The notes below the pieces were generated by a model. That model worked only from the letters and a program-made list of their open reading frames with translations. It was not told the DNA's origin and searched no databases. The position numbers and the translations under genes are program-made. A DNA stretch of 58,981 nucleotides from a virus. Its lineage: Duplodnaviria; Caudoviricetes. Position 1 is the stretch's first letter, and every line of letters begins with the position of its first letter. The stretch is taken from IMG/VR virus record IMGVR_UViG_3300031785_000001, positions 1 through 58,981 of that record; one strand, written 5' to 3'. Of this stretch, positions 58,101-58,981 are shown in pieces.

Positions 58101-58767
58101 CACCGCCTGCGACTCCTCCGACTGCTGTAGATAATCCAAGTTCTCCAAGACTAAACTCGTCTCTAAGACCAATATTTTTTTCTGTTATTTGGTGGGCTGT
58201 ATTAACTAGACCTTCTTGACCAGCACTAATACCGCCTTCAATTATTGCACCTCTTTTTGCACCAGCTTTTACGCCAGCCCATGTAGTATTTTTCCCAGCC
58301 GCGTAAGCCGCTCTAGCCGCTTGACCAGCAGTTGTGAATCCTTTTACTGGAGCTATAAAGTTTGTTGGGTCAGCAACCATTGCTGGTACTGCGTCTTTAA
58401 CAAACTCCCATGTTCCCCTACCACCTTCTTCCCAGAAATCTGGGGAAGCGTTATATACTTGAGCTATTCTATTGGCTCTTTCTTTCTGCTCTTTGCTGTA
58501 TCCGCTAGACTGATATGCTTCTTTACCAGCAGAGAAAACATTTAAGAACTGCCATGTCTTGTCTGAGTAGAGCTTATCTACTAAGTCTTCGTCTGAAAGG
58601 TTGTGGGTGTTTTCGCCTTTTTCGTAATAGAAATCACGAAGGTCTTTAAGAAATCGAGGGTCTGACATAGCGTTTCTAGGGTTAGAAACAACTTCAGATA
58701 CATAATTCCCTGCCGAATTATTATTGCCTATGTCATTTTCGCCATAGACTAAATTAAATTTACTCAT
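49147..58767 (-). CDS. Giant (3206 aa) polyvalent internal virion protein with two zincin-like HExxH modules and an ADP-ribosyltransferase-like domain
   Basis: HEVAH..ELFA, HEVGH..EEWF, FYHGT..FYGPGVYISDN..LGYDGII; follows the ejection proteins across the origin. Confidence 0.75.
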   Translation of the reverse strand: MSKFNLVYGENDIGNNNSAGNYVSEVVSNPRNAMSDPRFLKDLRDFYYEKGENTHNLSDEDLVDKLYSDKTWQFLNVFSAGKEAYQSSGYSKEQKERANRIAQVYNASPDFWEEGGRGTWEFVKDAVPAMVADPTNFIAPVKGFTTAGQAARAAYAAGKNTTWAGVKAGAKRGAIIEGGISAGQEGLVNTAHQITEKNIGLRDEFSLGELGLSTAVGGVAGGVIGGGLGGVGGAVGTRGALKPVQEAEALGWKADDVVSMERAGTTPEDLVEQTKAKIDEDAKAPETEAEEVVEEVSVEEADFKAKEDLLVEKLRDAREQLDKVAQTHGRDSDEWVAQSEVVKRISRLRQMSARLKTEQEQIVGFNVDEQDPAKIKQREARVSKFEDDYADWRAAVNGVDGPDGEELVTRADGASAEATTDASQVQSNEGSADSSLNREAEVVEVPAESGTTEPLSPETAGATTTDTGIPKVIEDDAPVPYSTAGIGAKAKRIFAKHGVTEEDFRARINDTENPLPLSRSKKKPKQVTNNTLKAYDEELTGIQKTVDTDEAMPKTDVEVNETSNLVEDSVPEEIFSIKDDVKGHALMNGIDPNALKPRGKSKKITKATVNAEVKKGGEPSAYATQVQDELSGILDELKDLGEIPTEDLRRGVALLARGTPVSTDDILALFDALHINAPTGGSQRMEIKLTKTQEKAIKKQTRIIKKQYPGISDLVAERMATDNVLRVSEVDPTPVRGTGERIEQANIFASDKDIGFVGSAGKTSAGRIQSFMRRTTKHGTIDAVNPTEFAFDEALIKAQNAVAYGDGKAGPDIVPFVTTHPMRGVITANGIKEVPAGTTLYADGVTKRAYESQELAVQVREGGEPKRKLQEPQVVRDNAPELGTESAPEPTPNTDATKLREILTIAENGEPELALDQFRELLRVTKKRSGDAPVETETPKLHQPVSKGDKLLIARSTIDPTDVRMINRKQAEDGKDITAIIGQKGGPKSDPDNWEFKYAPKEDWTSNARVLSALFESLPAEEGARPAGQRLYVGDATGVGEPTNILDLHERIIPDEIKERESFQALQKVAREANPDNPRELNTASDLQQFSRDMETAEWMPTVEYHREHASRLSEIYSLMDEIVPEGYVQPDNIRARSVEDIRSLFSKYSAEEIENAVDFIEKLGGDNTVGPRFIDSGDANNLSTQYTDAGEQVALSSTPHPKVPSSLPLYHEVAHWAYLNILTPQERATFWKGMEKYYVDGGGVDNMSIMRRVGPVDPDGVIKIANMFESPAELFANQFELWATRQRHLSGDDNFWTSVMRKMKAIFKRYAQGVEIDPDLEPLFSKILPPAQRAEFKLGVEAKPKTELGKHINKRYVEYTLARADLEDAFLRDSADGIIEAHKALVKIMLSTNPKIRLGRRINANPDEKLPQSFIPLRKRTALIHNRIDDIDEMILGPKVEGKTSNDYIDDGLTEVADPQEVADRLRDFYYNGYEGVFQPANGLPAKVTDKNIGKTSLSNTLDTIEQTLKARYSETEGRALAGKPKLDNSKKSRRSRSSKSLKRARNQNRKSVEAVDNEALKTAKTAPKDRPRTSKYNQKLDKKTAKEVKSIGLEELRKLYVEHRGTEYGDQIAIELLRKNKATSLPARAVPIPPEMKNMSGRELEDIMLNGLAENNTTKIDQASYEMRRRYTNKGLKSTGQQIIQPKFTETNLVIETEIKDSVGVSSSDGIPASARASIRDILSYVTHRDPEIQYTARTLGYRMFNLLNKTQKENLDKVDIISTETVAKLAGVKPSKIGAAVFYDTKTPEFNKLRKDLRRVAIGLNKDTATPFDAMHEVGHMVIRSGALKPDEKQAIVDLYRGADDIIKTKINSQYASKYADYTNESLEDLLAEEWFSEQLALYMSERVSKGNLLNSVLNRDVSNLKLRNAFERAIDRTVEYVAYVVNGLIGRNSIKQEFRRLVMFGDMFEKPNVAPMSDAIAKSGPALHPSNATNAVNDLVLSSPEWRLEKIKEFTGNGLGYNPKVDSIITFYHGTPNGYAFNRADNPDVVLNPSVNGFYGPGVYISDNPSVASQTYAKKPTPESQHRAIMESNNTDEIKEELIFEVQDLHDVRKEISAKRRAYYLENVGDQDKTRLSVLKKELDELVEMEQASLDNLTKHGITTDPLVIPLYVNVQNPADFQKSASYNISDGLVGAVLEYFQATDSIKPKAIREFSDKLSNPTNGRDTYLALTQLLRDSGRGMHQAKTELNGALEDLGYDGIITTHFNTTNVDGTPKMRNQETYEGDFVSHKGVLVFDTANVKHVDAAEFNEADARLYHSPEAGIPKAINGGIIEAMMAEKLGGLDAINPGLIGESVEKAGGDSSLSGAMMSMIKGRQLNANEEQALKDNSVGKIFSSQSGRMKRMGANWIADWYKQHFSDVQQKFAGKFFPIQEKLRKLPDAHGRINSWYRRGPRQFFTRDTQPESYQRIVRALRNGDGSRQHSALSKQELEIYDDVRNAFETEHQSLTQAGIMVGRRENYLPQVWNKEAIDKNRGKFLEGMRQYYIDEQAGFGKMVNEADAQEFARRMYETLAGEGSDGVFIPHRGGSRNPTSDAIDYNRVIELEKYPNHMANMEEFLEHDLEFLLTKYFEGSSRRLAHTEKLGINSHAWYDYMHVAEHGKSGIAKLLSTPREFTWNKYGLDLDGNMTQYDLTDTVTMPFLNREGEASAFVDGLVEEYQRHGIASARKLLMDVAPVDSSGIPTEGYVKRAEAILGALQDFKGDKAPSWTNEDFRFMDKSLAVAMKKPQDADYNRALMKMSKTVRGFNNISLLGFTTLTSLGDLVLPLIRSGSMQDYVKGLSKWARDPDYRRFMYNTGVAIENILHERQLYMYGGTGSKLSNAFFNTTLLTPWTDLNRKFAGSVGFESFKTMQAKANRHYNPRVSFDKQSVEYKQAHRYLKGYGLEKFLPEGNEGKVSLDSTEALTKFADDKELRQAIIRFADESIFQPNQNDIPLWAQTPWGAMIFQLKSFTLMMQKMSWDVWKEAMKKDGRKAPLMYALSVGPAFGAFSLAAKDTIQLRGGDTEREADVRVRNALKFMGYDEKIHGNEHDVLGWYMEGIMHMGGLGIFGELAHNAATQADNGAYGVNRLMSNIGGPSVGLFQDSVHVMGGVKDAILGSTDSNAKERTAVRTVATRIPIVGGVRDWREGITDAVAGEPTGRKKKQNGWGSEWQKGWGNKW

Positions 58768-58797
58768 AACGGTTCTCCAGTTTTCCGCATATAGTAA

Positions 58798-58828
58798 AAA
58801 CTATTATATATATTGCTTTTGGTCGTCC
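58798..58828 (-). promoter_or_regulatory. Candidate late promoter GGACGACC-N17-TAGTTT upstream of giant gene
   Basis: Motif family member. Confidence 0.5.
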
Positions 58829-58854
58829 CTATTGAGGAGGCGTTTGTTCAAGCA

Positions 58855-58981
58855 TCCAGTTTCTTATCTCTGATTGGTTGATTCCTCTAGGGAGATTGGG
58901 GTTTATACTGCTTAGAGGTATCTCTGGGTTTATAATAAAATCTGGCAATGCCCGTTTAGACCTCGGAGGTCTATTCGGGTC
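58855..58981. repeat. 127-nt direct repeat of window start
   Basis: Identical to 1-127. Confidence 0.95.

Noticed and set aside
270-58545. Numerous opposite-strand ORFs in the track (e.g. 7687, 10756, 12480, 19866, 23359, 24457, 29015, 34399, 45220, 56209, 57857)
   Set aside because: Antisense shadows of well-supported genes
49147-58767. Virion RNA polymerase (N4- or crAss-like) because of its size
   Set aside because: No DxDxD/DFDGD or T7-type A/B/C motifs recognised; HExxH and ART motifs fit a polyvalent protein better
58855-58981. Biological direct terminal repeat
   Set aside because: 127 nt equals a common assembler k-mer and falls mid-gene; treated as assembly overlap
1-58981. tRNA or rRNA genes
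   Set aside because: No cloverleaf with a T-loop in a proper stem found by eye; GGTTCGA at ~35583 lies in an ORF without tRNA arms

Overview
Apparently complete circular assembly (127-nt end overlap) of a ~58.85-kb tailed dsDNA phage with podovirus-type architecture. A marine alphaproteobacterial host is likely, inferred only from gene families. Minus strand 26011->1, wrapping to 58767->47817, carries the late genes: terminase, portal, tail fibres, two 2OG-Fe(II) oxygenases, scaffold, major capsid, adaptor/nozzle, a DDxxD prenyltransferase-fold protein, ejection proteins, a 3206-aa polyvalent protein, holin and M15 endolysin. Plus strand 26414-38700 carries the early genes: a basic first gene, a CobS/CobT-like AAA+/vWA pair, a DenV-like protein and a tyrosine integrase. 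38686-47595 is a divergent replication/recombination block with Cro-like HTH, prim-pol/helicase, Sak4-like ATPase, SSB, Cas4-like nuclease, resolvase and HNH; no DNA polymerase or CI repressor was recognised. The most striking non-coding content is an RNA-rich early region: a pseudoknotted type II hammerhead ribozyme (27080-27145), a ~550-nt multi-domain structured ncRNA candidate (28244-28800), an H-type pseudoknot leader and a shared AAGGGACTTA-N4-GTGAG motif. Elsewhere are a recurring GGACGACC-N17-TAnnnT late-promoter motif and a candidate hairpin origin next to the primase. All calls are by eye; no database searches or folding programs were run.
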